A stretch of 64,000 nt of DNA, taken from a virus. Below, piece after piece: positions 1-9,632 of this stretch; position 1 is the stretch's first letter, and every line of letters starts with the position of its first letter. The stretch is taken from the IMG/VR virus record IMGVR_UViG_3300042888_002402; one strand, 5' to 3'. Below the pieces are notes generated by a model, which worked only from the letters and a program-made list of their open reading frames with translations, was not told the DNA's origin and did no database searches. Made by a program: the position numbers and the translations under genes.

Positions 1-1018
1 CCATATGACGGACTCGGGTTTCTTCTGTTCCTTGGTTGTTCTTAAGAACAATAAGATCATCAAACTGATGATGCCAAATAGGATAAAAAACAGTAGCACT
101 TGCATTACGAATACCTCCTTGACTGCATGAGCGTAGGTCGCCAAACCATTTCTTCAAGAAAGGTATCATACCTGTGTGCATAATCTCACCACCACGGATG
201 GGACTGCCCAGAGGACGTAGTCGTCCAATTTCCAAACCAATGCCGGCACGTTTGCTGGCATACTTGGCCATCATTTCCCCAGAGGCAAAAATAGAGTCGA
301 GATCGTCATCGCTACGAATAAGAACACAGCTACTAAACTGTTTGGTAGGAGTACCAAGGCCAGCAAGTACAGGAGTAGCAAGAGTAAAAAGACCATCACT
401 GGCGGCTTGATAATATTCTTTGATGTAACGCATTCTAGCCGAGTTAGGTTCTTCTTTATGGAACACAGTAGCAGCCGCAACCATGTATCGAATCTGTGGA
501 GTTTCATATGTCTGTTTAGTACTACGGTTCTTTACAAGATACTTTTCAATTAGTTGTTCAATAGCAGCATAGCTGTATAACTCATCCTTTGAATGATCAA
601 TCATATCATCCATGCGGTTCCAGTCATCTTCGGTGTACCACTCTAACAATTCAGGCGTGTACAATCCAGTGGCCACATTAGTCTTTACAATTTCGTACAG
701 GTGGGGAGGCTCGTAACTACCATATACATCTTTACGCAACATGCTCAAACGTTGTTTACCAGCTACAAATTGATAGTTGGTATGTCCTACGTCTGGATTT
801 TGTTCTACATCAATTAGATCAACAATGGCTCTCAGCGTGATCCCATCTATTTCTGTGGTTGTGATGCCATCATAAAAATGCAATTGAGCCTTGATTTCAA
901 TCATGCTCTGACTGACATCTGCTGTACCTTTACATATTTTATCTACTTGTGCTTGCCATTTTTCTATCATCAATGGCTCTCTTTGGCCGTTTCTTTTAAC
1001 TACGGATATTTGTGTCAT
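1..1018 (-). CDS. nrdA: Ribonucleotide reductase class Ia alpha subunit, N-terminal part (runs off window start; absent from ORF track)
   Basis: Manual translation from ATG at 1018: MTQISVVKRNGQRE (ATP cone)...YETPQ...TLATPVLAGLGTPTKQFSSCVLI...SKRAGIG...CSQGGIRNASA; open to position 1. Confidence 0.95.
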   Translation of the reverse strand, partial: MTQISVVKRNGQREPLMIEKWQAQVDKICKGTADVSQSMIEIKAQLHFYDGITTTEIDGITLRAIVDLIDVEQNPDVGHTNYQFVAGKQRLSMLRKDVYGSYEPPHLYEIVKTNVATGLYTPELLEWYTEDDWNRMDDMIDHSKDELYSYAAIEQLIEKYLVKNRSTKQTYETPQIRYMVAAATVFHKEEPNSARMRYIKEYYQAASDGLFTLATPVLAGLGTPTKQFSSCVLIRSDDDLDSIFASGEMMAKYASKRAGIGLEIGRLRPLGSPIRGGEIMHTGMIPFLKKWFGDLRSCSQGGIRNASATVFYPIWHHQFDDLIVLKNNQGTEETRVRHM

Positions 1019-1035
1019 CTTACTCTCATTTGTTG

Positions 1036-1461
1036 TTATAGATACCGGGTCTGTATCTGTTTTTGAGTTAATTGCCTTTTAACTTTTACCTCTAGGTTGG
1101 TATTTACGATAATGTTTCTTTCCCAATTCAGTATATATTTTGTTTGAGTCAACCGGACTAAATTATGCCCCTGTTCTGTCAAAACTAGCTCTGCAGACAT
1201 TAAATCTTCACGTTCTAGTAAAGTTACAGTATACAGGATTCCAAGCCCTCTTGCAATATCACAATAGATGTTGTCACTCAAAAGTTGCCAAGGATCTGGC
1301 CATTCCGCAACATCATCCCAGTGCAGATGATAAGCATGCCATGGCGTGGAAAACCACCAATCATTGATGGCCAAGAGTGCAGATTCTTGTGGTAATGATG
1401 CCGCTTGAGTTCTAAGCGTAGACCAAGATTCAAGTCGGTCTGCAAATGCAGTGGGCCACAT
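1036..1461 (-). CDS. Hypothetical protein, transglutaminase-like (BTLCP/LapG-like) fold candidate
   Basis: WPDPWQLL...YCDIA...GHNLV...YILN parallels the BTLCP pattern WATP.E.L...DCEDYA...HMVL...LVLDN; TGATG overlap with upstream gene. Confidence 0.5.
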   Translation of the reverse strand: MWPTAFADRLESWSTLRTQAASLPQESALLAINDWWFSTPWHAYHLHWDDVAEWPDPWQLLSDNIYCDIARGLGILYTVTLLEREDLMSAELVLTEQGHNLVRLTQTKYILNWERNIIVNTNLEVKVKRQLTQKQIQTRYL

Positions 1462-3089
1462 CAGGCCAAATGTGTGATAGAATAAGTCATGGATCCATTC
1501 TGTCCATTGTTACTGGATGTGTATGACAAGCTGGCAGTGTTTGTAGACTGCGAAACGGTCAATGTCACGCCACTACCAGGAGCACCTTGTGTACTTGTGC
1601 CCTGATATGTTCCAACATTCTCTACAAAATCTTCAGTAAAAGTAAGACTTCCGGCACCACTGGCAGCGGCCACCACAATGGTGCCAGTACGATAGCTAGT
1701 GTTTCTTACTATGGTATAGACAACACTAAAAGCCCGAGTAACATCTGTATTGACACTGAACACTGTGGCAGTGGTATCATTGATAATATCAACAATTTTG
1801 CCAGTTTCTATAACATAGGTTCCCAGTGCCAGTTGGGTGCCATTGGTTATGGCAATACTGGTTTGATCATTTAATTGTATTCTTTCAACAATGGCAGCAT
1901 ATTGATCTTCTCGAGCAAACATGTCGCTTATACTGATATTATTGGCATTTTGAATATCAATAATAACTGTGTAAGGATTTGTGCCGCCTTGAAAGTGATT
2001 GCCAACATCATAAAAAATATTTTGGCCAGATGCATTTAAACTAGCATATTCGCCAAATATAATTCCCTCGCCATAGATCAAGTCAAATGTATTGCTGGTT
2101 ATCTTTACTCCATTGGGACTGCCCAACACCGGAGGTGCACCTGTGCCTAGTAGTATGCCTTGATATAGTTTATAAAACAAACTATTAACAACAGTAACAC
2201 CTTCTATTTGTTGATCGGTATTGATACCCCATACTGCACCACTGAATGTGCATCCGTCAAATACAATTTGACTGGATATTGTAGTTGTGGTACTGGCAAA
2301 CTCCACACAAGAAGTTGCAGGAGCAGCTGTAACTAAATCAACAACAGTTAATGGAGCACTGAATCCAACATTTTGAAATCTACAATTTACTGCGTCTTGT
2401 ACTAAAAATACCGACGTTGTAAGATCAACATTTTGAAACCCCATGTTTGAAATGTTTATGTATTGAGGAGTAGTTGCACCATTACTACCTATGTTGGCAC
2501 CTGTTTGTTGTAAACTATCAGCAGTACGAGCAACATATGCGGTCAATGTACTATCATCACCGTTGTCCATTGCTATAACACTGCTGTTGATTCCTTCACC
2601 GTATAACATGGCATACGGAGGTATGTTGATACTACTGGTAACACGATATACTCCAGCTGGAAAAAATAAACTGCGTCTGATTTGAGGATTAACTTCTCTA
2701 CAGTAAAGTTGATACAAAGCCCGGTTTATAGCATCGGTGTCGTCAGCAATTCCATCACCCACTGCACCAAAGTCTCGTACTGTGGCAAATTGATCAAACC
2801 AGTTTTGTAAACTTTGTGTCACTGGCGTGCCCGGAGTAGGACCAGTTTGCACTATATATCCGGCTGCAGCACCTTCGTAAGTGTAAGCAGTAGGAATCAC
2901 TAAAATATCACTGAATTCGGTGAGAATTTCAGTGTTACCAATCACCGGTGCACCTTCTTCTAGTGTGCCATTACCAATGTACAGTTGTCTGGTATCTGTG
3001 CTCCAGCCAAGTTCAGCACCCGCTAGTTGGGGTAAATCTATTTGCAACCCTTTGCGGTTGGTAATTTGGGATATCTGTACAATGGCCAC
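1461..3089 (-). CDS. Tail spike/fibre with Mtd_N-like head and pectate-lyase-3 beta-helix
   Basis: LAGAELGWSTDTRQLYIGNG; TVRDFGAVGDGIADDTDAINRA...FFPAGVY; late box at 3114-3119. Confidence 0.8.
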   Translation of the reverse strand: MAIVQISQITNRKGLQIDLPQLAGAELGWSTDTRQLYIGNGTLEEGAPVIGNTEILTEFSDILVIPTAYTYEGAAAGYIVQTGPTPGTPVTQSLQNWFDQFATVRDFGAVGDGIADDTDAINRALYQLYCREVNPQIRRSLFFPAGVYRVTSSINIPPYAMLYGEGINSSVIAMDNGDDSTLTAYVARTADSLQQTGANIGSNGATTPQYINISNMGFQNVDLTTSVFLVQDAVNCRFQNVGFSAPLTVVDLVTAAPATSCVEFASTTTTISSQIVFDGCTFSGAVWGINTDQQIEGVTVVNSLFYKLYQGILLGTGAPPVLGSPNGVKITSNTFDLIYGEGIIFGEYASLNASGQNIFYDVGNHFQGGTNPYTVIIDIQNANNISISDMFAREDQYAAIVERIQLNDQTSIAITNGTQLALGTYVIETGKIVDIINDTTATVFSVNTDVTRAFSVVYTIVRNTSYRTGTIVVAAASGAGSLTFTEDFVENVGTYQGTSTQGAPGSGVTLTVSQSTNTASLSYTSSNNGQNGSMTYSITHLA

Positions 3090-3116
3090 TTTATCGTCCT
3101 TGAATCTATCTAGTAT

Positions 3117-3812
3117 TTAGTTAGCCAAATAGTATAACTCTAATCTGCGCCACCACTGATCAGCCCAATGGTCAAAGTCTTTTGATTCCAACACAAACTC
3201 CTGATACACAGGAATACCGTCATCCCCTGGTTTTACACACATCAGAACCACGCCCTTGCGTATGTTGGTGCCATAAACTTCGTTGTGGGCCAGTGCATAA
3301 GCTGTGAGTTGTAGATAGTAATCTTCAATCCATTCTTGTTTTTTAGGCTTGTTGGTTTGCTTGTAATCCAATATGCTTTCTTCGCCTAGATGTATACCTA
3401 CTCCATCTGTGGTTCCGGCGTACAAGCTTGGAAAATACAATGGTATTTCTACTCCCCAGATTTCGCTGACTTTTGACAGTCCTTGATCTACGACACACTG
3501 GGCCATTTTGTGACTGTCCCAGCCGTAAGGATTACTTCCACGGTCTGGCATTGCACCTTCTTTGATATAGCGTTCAAGATAAGTGTGCATGCGAGTGCCG
3601 CGATTGGCAGCTTCTGTAGTGATAGCTTGGGCACGGTCTACACCCACACGCCGACGCCACTCGTTAAGAGCTTGTTTTTTTTCTTCTGGCTTGGTTTTTT
3701 CTAATACAGTTGTAACACTAGGTACTTTACGTCCGTCGGGAGTAGCATATAATCTCTTTCCGTCTACTGATTCTCTTGACAGTGCGTGATATTTAAATTT
3801 TTGTGTGTACAT
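3117..3812 (-). CDS. PD-(D/E)XK exonuclease (Cas4/MGME1-like)
   Basis: PSVTTVL, RGTRMH, E...YAGTTD...ILDYKQ, YYLQLTAYA. Confidence 0.85.
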   Translation of the reverse strand: MYTQKFKYHALSRESVDGKRLYATPDGRKVPSVTTVLEKTKPEEKKQALNEWRRRVGVDRAQAITTEAANRGTRMHTYLERYIKEGAMPDRGSNPYGWDSHKMAQCVVDQGLSKVSEIWGVEIPLYFPSLYAGTTDGVGIHLGEESILDYKQTNKPKKQEWIEDYYLQLTAYALAHNEVYGTNIRKGVVLMCVKPGDDGIPVYQEFVLESKDFDHWADQWWRRLELYYLAN

Positions 3813-4491
3813 TGTGATATTTGTTTAAAAACATATTTGCCATTTCTTTGTGTGAAATTGGACCAGGATGGTTGTCTCGACCTTGATCTAGCGTTAAGGG
3901 AAAATCTTCAATATCATATTCTACTATGTTGTATTTGTAAATTTGACCTAATAAACTAACCATCAACTTATTTCTTTGCTTAATATTAAAAAAATTAACA
4001 TCAGTCAACATCAATGGTGAAAATCCATCATTGATAGTGCTTCTAATAGTTTGTACACGGTCTTCATGATATATTTCATATCTCCATGGAATTGGCCATA
4101 AAATAAAAACCAATTTAACATTGATCAAATCTTTAATATTTGCCAAAATCCTTGGCACAGAGTCTCCAGATGTTCCTTCTACTCCTAAATTATAAACATT
4201 GTAATTTAAAAAATGTTTTGACAATATACCTGGCCAGGCTTGCTCAGAGTTTACACCAATACCTTCGGTAAAACTGCAACCTAAACATAGAACGGCAGGA
4301 TCAGTAAAATTAAATTCGTTGGTACGATATCCATAACTGTTGTATTTGTAAATAACAGAATCTTTGCTATAGCTGGCTTTGGGGTTTTTAATAAAATTTT
4401 CTTCAGAGTCAGAATCACTCCAATTCAAAGTCAAATTGCTTTTTCCTGGCCTAATAGGTATAAACTTGTTGTCATTCCAATGATTCTTCAT
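3793..4491 (-). CDS. SGNH/GDSL-hydrolase-like protein
   Basis: LGCSFTEG (block I), NLGVEG (II), DNHPG (V); start chosen by alignment with adjacent paralog. Confidence 0.7.
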   Translation of the reverse strand: MKNHWNDNKFIPIRPGKSNLTLNWSDSDSEENFIKNPKASYSKDSVIYKYNSYGYRTNEFNFTDPAVLCLGCSFTEGIGVNSEQAWPGILSKHFLNYNVYNLGVEGTSGDSVPRILANIKDLINVKLVFILWPIPWRYEIYHEDRVQTIRSTINDGFSPLMLTDVNFFNIKQRNKLMVSLLGQIYKYNIVEYDIEDFPLTLDQGRDNHPGPISHKEMANMFLNKYHNVHTKI

Positions 4492-4517
4492 GATGTTTAT
4501 TTTCAATAATATGTAAA

Positions 4518-5270
4518 TTAATTTGTCAATGCCAAATTATACTTTTCTATAAATAATCTTGCTAGGTCTTTGTGCCAGCCTGGACCCGGATGTATATCTC
4601 TGCCTTTATCATGTACTTTAATCGGAGGCATATCATGTAAGTTTGACATATTGCCATTGGATCCACTGTTATATTCTACCACTCGATACTTGTACATTAT
4701 TTTAAGCAAATCTACAATAGCTTTATTTTTTTGTCTTAAATTATAAAAATTAATATCAGTGATTCCTTCCATTGGGTATGTGGTTTCATTTGAAAAATTA
4801 CCATCAGCCCATTGAGGCAATACATGATCAACAGTTACATCGCCATAAAGTTCGTACCTAAATATGCTGGGCCAAAGTATAAACACTGTTGCAGTGTTTA
4901 ATAAATTTCCTATGTTGTATAAAGTTCGTGCCACGTAGTCACCCGAAGTGCCGCCATGCCCAAAATTATAAACCCGATGATCTGGAAACGCCTGTTCTAT
5001 ATATGCTGGCCACGACTCTTCATAATTCACGCCCACACCTTCAGTAAAACTACATCCGATACAAATTATACTGGGTTTTGAACAAGTTAAATCAATTTCT
5101 TGTGACCTATATCCATTGCTGTTGTATCGATAAATTATTGATTCTTTGGTGTATCCAGGTTTAGTATTTTTTTTAAACATTGTCTCGTTGTCGGATCCAG
5201 ACCAATGCGTGACAAGATTTGCTCGTTCTGATATGGTGGGTAGGCTGTTATGTTGCCAATAATTATTCAT
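4518..5270 (-). CDS. SGNH/GDSL-hydrolase-like protein, tandem paralog
   Basis: IGCSFTEG, NFGHGG, DIHPG; shares YNS.GYR and FILWP with 3793-4491. Confidence 0.7.
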   Translation of the reverse strand: MNNYWQHNSLPTISERANLVTHWSGSDNETMFKKNTKPGYTKESIIYRYNSNGYRSQEIDLTCSKPSIICIGCSFTEGVGVNYEESWPAYIEQAFPDHRVYNFGHGGTSGDYVARTLYNIGNLLNTATVFILWPSIFRYELYGDVTVDHVLPQWADGNFSNETTYPMEGITDINFYNLRQKNKAIVDLLKIMYKYRVVEYNSGSNGNMSNLHDMPPIKVHDKGRDIHPGPGWHKDLARLFIEKYNLALTN

Positions 5271-5274
5271 CTAT

Positions 5275-5598
5275 CTATACTCTAAAACTTTCTCCGCAAC
5301 CGCAACGGTCGCGCTCATTGGGATTGTTGAATTCAAAACCTTCATTTAGGCCTTGGCGTACATAATCCACTGTGATATTTTTAAGATAAACTTGGTGTTT
5401 TAAATCAACCAGTGCTACAAATCCTTCTTGTGCATAGTTAATTGTACAGTTGTCTGGGATATACTCTTTGACATATTCTAACACATAAGCAAGCCCAGAG
5501 CAACCTGTAGTTCGTACACCAAGACGAATGCCAGCATAATTTTTGGCTGTGACAAGTTTTTGTATTTTGTTTCGAGCAGTATCAGTGAACGATATCAT
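5275..5598 (-). CDS. iscA: Fe-S cluster carrier IscA/HesB
   Basis: RLGVRTTGCSGLAY, F.NPN..CGCGESF. Confidence 0.95.
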   Translation of the reverse strand: MISFTDTARNKIQKLVTAKNYAGIRLGVRTTGCSGLAYVLEYVKEYIPDNCTINYAQEGFVALVDLKHQVYLKNITVDYVRQGLNEGFEFNNPNERDRCGCGESFRV

Positions 5599-5974
5599 GC
5601 TTTTTGCGGTAATCATCTACCGCGGCCTTGATGGCATCTTCTGCCAAGATACTGCAATGGATCTTTACGGGGGGTAAGGCCAATTCTTCAGCGATGTCGG
5701 AGTTTTTAATTGATCCGGCTTGGTCGATGTGCATGCCTTTGACCCATTCTGTAATGAGGCTCGAGCTCGCAATAGCCGATCCGCAGCCATACGTTTTAAA
5801 TTTTGCATCTGTAATAATACCTGTATCATGATCAACCTTTATCTGTAATTTCATCACATCACCGCAAGCAGGTGCGCCAACCATACCAGTACCAATGTCT
5901 GTATCGGTCTTGTCAAAAGATCCAACATTCCTGGGATTTTCATAGTGATCAACCACTTTGTCAGAATAAGCCAT
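5582..5974 (-). CDS. iscU: Fe-S scaffold IscU
   Basis: MAYSDKVVDHYENPRNVG, APACGDVM, GCGSAIASSS, LPPVKIHCS. Confidence 0.97.
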   Translation of the reverse strand: MAYSDKVVDHYENPRNVGSFDKTDTDIGTGMVGAPACGDVMKLQIKVDHDTGIITDAKFKTYGCGSAIASSSLITEWVKGMHIDQAGSIKNSDIAEELALPPVKIHCSILAEDAIKAAVDDYRKKHDIVH

Positions 5975-6288
5975 TACTGTGTACAAGTCCTTGTGCGTGT
6001 GATTGTACCATCTGGATTTTGTGTTTCAGTCCAGACTGTGCAATTTTGCTGTTGTTGAACAATCACTGGCTGAGGTCGTACAATCACAGTTTCGGTCTGT
6101 GTCATTGGACGATTGGCAATAGCTGCACCGACTACCCCACCAATGATCAATGGTGCAATCCATCCACTATTACTACCACCATAGTACATTGCATGCCCGT
6201 GATGTCTGTATCCACTGTAATATCCATGCGGGCCTGCCAACACAGTTCCAGATACAGTGAGTAATAATATTGCTAGAAACTTTTTCAT
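5974..6288 (-). CDS. Small exported protein with signal peptide and glycine-rich hydrophobic segment
   Basis: MKKFLAILLLTVSGTVLA; IIGGVVGAAIA; TAATG overlap with iscU. Confidence 0.6.
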   Translation of the reverse strand: MKKFLAILLLTVSGTVLAGPHGYYSGYRHHGHAMYYGGSNSGWIAPLIIGGVVGAAIANRPMTQTETVIVRPQPVIVQQQQNCTVWTETQNPDGTITRTRTCTQ

Positions 6289-6328
6289 GACTTTTCCTTG
6301 GTTATAATAATATAACGTATTAGACGAG

Positions 6329-6362
6329 TATTTAGTATACTGCCTTTTAAGAAATAAGTCAA
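6329..6362 (-). promoter_or_regulatory. Sigma70 promoter plus T4-type late box driving the exported protein-iscU-iscA operon
   Basis: TTGACT-17-TATACT (6362-6334) and TAAATA (6334-6329). Confidence 0.75.
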
Positions 6363-6372
6363 CCTATTTGAT

Positions 6373-6726
6373 TTATTTCATGCCGCGACGCATGGCCTTT
6401 TTGGCATTTTGATCCACTATATCTTGTGCTTGATCAACTGACATATTAGAATCAGGTGATTCTTCGTTACCAAGAAAACGGATCACACCCGAATTTGGAT
6501 CCAGTGGTTCCAAAATGTTACTCAAAGGTTCTTGATTAATCAAATCACCTAAGTTTTGCGTAGTAACATTGACACCCATGCTTTTGGCTATGTCGATAAA
6601 TGCTGCTTGACTGATTTCTTTTTTGGCAGATTCGTCTCCGGCACGACTGCTCAAGAACATACTGATAGCCGCTAATTTTTTTGCATTAGCGGCCACAGGA
6701 TCTTCGGCAAATTCACGAATTTTCAT
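6373..6726 (-). CDS. Hypothetical (putative head-associated) protein
   Basis: 117 aa, N-terminus MKIREF; TAATG coupling. Confidence 0.7.
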   Translation of the reverse strand: MKIREFAEDPVAANAKKLAAISMFLSSRAGDESAKKEISQAAFIDIAKSMGVNVTTQNLGDLINQEPLSNILEPLDPNSGVIRFLGNEESPDSNMSVDQAQDIVDQNAKKAMRRGMK

Positions 6727-7670
6727 TATCTGCGACCACGACCCAACGAAGCTGAAGCTGGTCTTGCGGCAGGTTCCATGTCATCGATGTCTGGCAATTC
6801 GTCAGCAGGATTCATCTCAGCTGGAGGAGCTTCAGCTCCCATCCCAGCATCCATGCTATCCTGACCTGGAACCATTGGAGCCTGTCCGGTTACTACGCCA
6901 AGTGCCTGTTCTAGTTGTTGCTTGGCACCTTGCAAGTTTTGCAATAATCCGGCCAGTGCAGCAGTGGCATCTGTGTTGAACTGCATGGCTTGATCAACAC
7001 CAACTTGATCTCTAATCTGTTGCACCAGTGCAGGCAGGTCTTTGAACTGCATACTGCTGATCTCTTCGCTCATCTTTTGAACTTGATCAACCATGTCTTG
7101 GCTGGCCAACACAACCTGAGCTTGTTGGATTTCGCTTTCACGCAGTGTGCGATACAAATTACGACGCAGACGATTTTCCATTTGATTCTGTGGCATCATG
7201 GCCACTGAAGCAACCATTTGTTGTTCGTCAGGATTTAAATTTTGCCCGGCAGCAGCTTTTTTCATTGCAGCCTGTTGCTTGGGATCTTTGATTGAGGAAA
7301 TCTTTTTAGCGGCAGCAGCAGCTTGAGCACTGGCCACTGCAGGATTTACCGGCGGCATGCCAGACGTTGATTGTGCTTGATTTTGATTGGCGCCAGCAGT
7401 TGATCCAATTGCCACGGTAGCAACTTCACGCAGTTTGGTTTGTAAGCCTTGTTCCATCATTACTAATTTTAAATAGGATGGATTTTGCTCGCTGTAATGA
7501 AACTCAGGTTGGCGACGGTGTTCCGTAATCAGCGACCGCACACGACCAAGCATGTGTCGAGCTTGTGAGCGAGTTAGTTGATCAAAACCAACTTGTCCGC
7601 CAAAGTAACTTTCCATTACTTTAGCGACTTGTTTTGTTTGTTGTGGCGCGGCCAGTTCTTGCAGTTTCAT
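6726..7670 (-). CDS. Hypothetical Gln/Ala-rich protein (prohead core/scaffold-like candidate)
   Basis: 314 aa, MKLQE start, internal LRE sites, late box 7694-7699. Confidence 0.65.
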   Translation of the reverse strand: MKLQELAAPQQTKQVAKVMESYFGGQVGFDQLTRSQARHMLGRVRSLITEHRRQPEFHYSEQNPSYLKLVMMEQGLQTKLREVATVAIGSTAGANQNQAQSTSGMPPVNPAVASAQAAAAAKKISSIKDPKQQAAMKKAAAGQNLNPDEQQMVASVAMMPQNQMENRLRRNLYRTLRESEIQQAQVVLASQDMVDQVQKMSEEISSMQFKDLPALVQQIRDQVGVDQAMQFNTDATAALAGLLQNLQGAKQQLEQALGVVTGQAPMVPGQDSMDAGMGAEAPPAEMNPADELPDIDDMEPAARPASASLGRGRR

Positions 7671-8118
7671 TTATGAATCCTCGTTGTTGTCTATATTTAG
7701 CCCAATTTACACATTTGGTAAGTTCTATTTCTAGTACTTTTTTATATATGATTTTGGTTTCTAATTTGGTGCTGATATCTTCTCGAAATTGAGCTCGTTT
7801 GCTGCGATCAGCCACTGCAGATCTAACAAAAATATCATTTTTTAATAATTCTAATTTACGATCTATTGTCAATAATTCTTGTGCTAGTGTGTAATTACTG
7901 TATTTGTCAGCTATACACCAACTCAATGCAGTGCGAGTACTTGAAAATACTCCCACTTCTTGATTGCTGTGGTATACTTGATAACCTGGCTTCAATGGAA
8001 TTATTTTGTATTTTCCAAAAAGTTCGTAATCGCCCTGTTCGTTTTGCCAAACAAGATTGGATTCCAAGTTTTTAAACTCGGCCACAAGCATGCGTTCAAA
8101 TTCTGTATCTTTGATCAT
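7621..8118 (-). CDS. Hypothetical protein
   Basis: 165-aa ORF in co-oriented coupled run. Confidence 0.7.
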   Translation of the reverse strand: MIKDTEFERMLVAEFKNLESNLVWQNEQGDYELFGKYKIIPLKPGYQVYHSNQEVGVFSSTRTALSWCIADKYSNYTLAQELLTIDRKLELLKNDIFVRSAVADRSKRAQFREDISTKLETKIIYKKVLEIELTKCVNWAKYRQQRGFINETARTGRATTNKTSR

Positions 8119-8381
8119 TATTTAAACACATAGTTTGATAACAGCCATCCTATTGTGGCTACGAGAAAACCAATAACACCTATGCCCCATCCCAGCAATT
8201 GATCTGTGCGTTTATCAGCCATTTTTTCAACAAGAGTGTGCACTTCGACTATCATGGATCTAAGTCCAGATATCTTGTCTTCAACCACACATAATTTTGT
8301 TTCGAGTGCATTGTATCTTTCAGCACATAATTCTACGTGTGCTTCCAAGCTTTTCTTTTCAATGTCAGTTGGTTCTACCAT
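8118..8381 (-). CDS. Coiled-coil protein with one C-terminal TM helix (XhlA/holin-like topology)
   Basis: LLGWGIGVIGFLVATIGWLL; late box 8400-8405. Confidence 0.55.
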   Translation of the reverse strand: MVEPTDIEKKSLEAHVELCAERYNALETKLCVVEDKISGLRSMIVEVHTLVEKMADKRTDQLLGWGIGVIGFLVATIGWLLSNYVFK

Positions 8382-8394
8382 GATTTTCCCCGTA

Positions 8395-8817
8395 TCAATT
8401 ATTTATAGGAATAAGTTCAAACCAAATGTTTTGATCAACTCCAGCAGTTACCAGCACAGACGTCATATTTTCTCGATTGCCAAGATCCACTATCATAGGA
8501 ACCCCTTCTGAATCTGTTCGCAACAACAAGGTAGGATCTGAGCTGTCGCCAAATACTCCGCCGGTTTCTGTTTCAAATTCAAATGTCCAAACATAATTTT
8601 CTTGCTGAGGATCGGTCAAATCAAACATCTGTGTGCGCATGGATATAATTTGAGTTATAGTTTCCCAATTTCTTTGTTGGTTCCTTGCCCAATTCCAGGC
8701 TTTGTAATCAGTGATCATTTGCCCAGTGCGATCACGAAATGGTATCCGTGCAGATTTTGCATGTCCTGTAACACCAGTGGCAGTTATATCAAAAAATGTT
8801 CTACAGATAAATCGCAT
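8395..8817 (-). CDS. Hypothetical protein
   Basis: 140-aa ORF. Confidence 0.7.
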   Translation of the reverse strand: MRFICRTFFDITATGVTGHAKSARIPFRDRTGQMITDYKAWNWARNQQRNWETITQIISMRTQMFDLTDPQQENYVWTFEFETETGGVFGDSSDPTLLLRTDSEGVPMIVDLGNRENMTSVLVTAGVDQNIWFELIPINN

Positions 8818-8828
8818 GTAATCAGCGA

Positions 8829-9077
8829 TCAGCTTTTACTGAGATGGTAGATAACTTTGACTTGTTCTAGTGCAGCTTGAATAGCAGGATTTGTTTCGGC
8901 AGCTTTGCGAATACTACCCCAAAGTTTATCTTCTTCCAGTTGTACTACTAGATCTCGAGCCCGAGGACTTTGACTATGTAATTGTCTTTGAGTTGATCCA
9001 TGCTCTCTTACATACACTGTTTCGCCACCGTCAGGCGACTCGTATATAACTGCTTCAGTAATTTTGTTGACTATCAT
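8829..9077 (-). CDS. Hypothetical protein
   Basis: IYESPDGGETVYVR; ATG 8 nt after late box 9086-9091. Confidence 0.7.
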   Translation of the reverse strand: MIVNKITEAVIYESPDGGETVYVREHGSTQRQLHSQSPRARDLVVQLEEDKLWGSIRKAAETNPAIQAALEQVKVIYHLSKS

Positions 9078-9097
9078 AATATGTGTATTTAACGCCA

Positions 9098-9130
9098 ACA
9101 AAAAACCCCAGGTTTTATTCTGGGGTTTGT
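9098..9130 (-). terminator. Intrinsic terminator
   Basis: AAACCCCAG-8-CTGGGGTTT followed by further T's. Confidence 0.85.
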
Positions 9131-9149
9131 TTAGAATAGTATTAAACTA

Positions 9150-9563
9150 TTATTGTGTGGTAAACAATGCAAAAGCATTGCCACTTACCCAACCAATGTT
9201 CAATCCGCCAGTGGCATTGGCACCCTGAGCTGCAGCCAAAACAGTTGCTACATTGGCAGCACCTGTTGGGTACAGAGCCAAGTTCAATGTATTAGCTGAT
9301 GCTGTAGGTGATACCTGGTACATAGCAATAGTTGTGGTCTGCTGAATTGCAGTCAATGTATTAGAAATGTATCCGTTTGCATTACCTGCACCAGATGCTG
9401 TCAATGCTGAATTAGCATAGAGACTGAAAAAGTCTAATTTTGGACCTTGAAAGTTTGTGACTGGTTGAGCAGCCAAGTTAGCAGTTTGTGCAACTGGACC
9501 GTTTAATGTGTCTGTTGCAAATACCGGTTGTGCGCCACCGGAAACGATTGTGATAAAAGCCAT
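9150..9563 (-). CDS. Probable abundant virion structural protein
   Basis: Ala/Thr/Gly-rich 137 aa; late box 9604-9609, 5' hairpin AGGCG-GAA-CGCCT, SD AAGGAG, own terminator. Confidence 0.65.
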   Translation of the reverse strand: MAFITIVSGGAQPVFATDTLNGPVAQTANLAAQPVTNFQGPKLDFFSLYANSALTASGAGNANGYISNTLTAIQQTTTIAMYQVSPTASANTLNLALYPTGAANVATVLAAAQGANATGGLNIGWVSGNAFALFTTQ

Positions 9564-9632
9564 TTGAAAATCTCCTTAGTATGTAGGCGTTCCGCCTTAC
9601 ACTTATTTATCTTTTGGCGATAAAATTATGGG

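Noticed and set aside
1461-3089. Diversity-generating retroelement target (Mtd_N-like head)
   Set aside because: No reverse transcriptase or TR/VR pair seen, and the C-terminus is not a C-type lectin fold
3117-3812. Cas4 as part of a CRISPR system
   Set aside because: Lacks the Fe-S cysteines and any cas context; ordinary phage exonuclease
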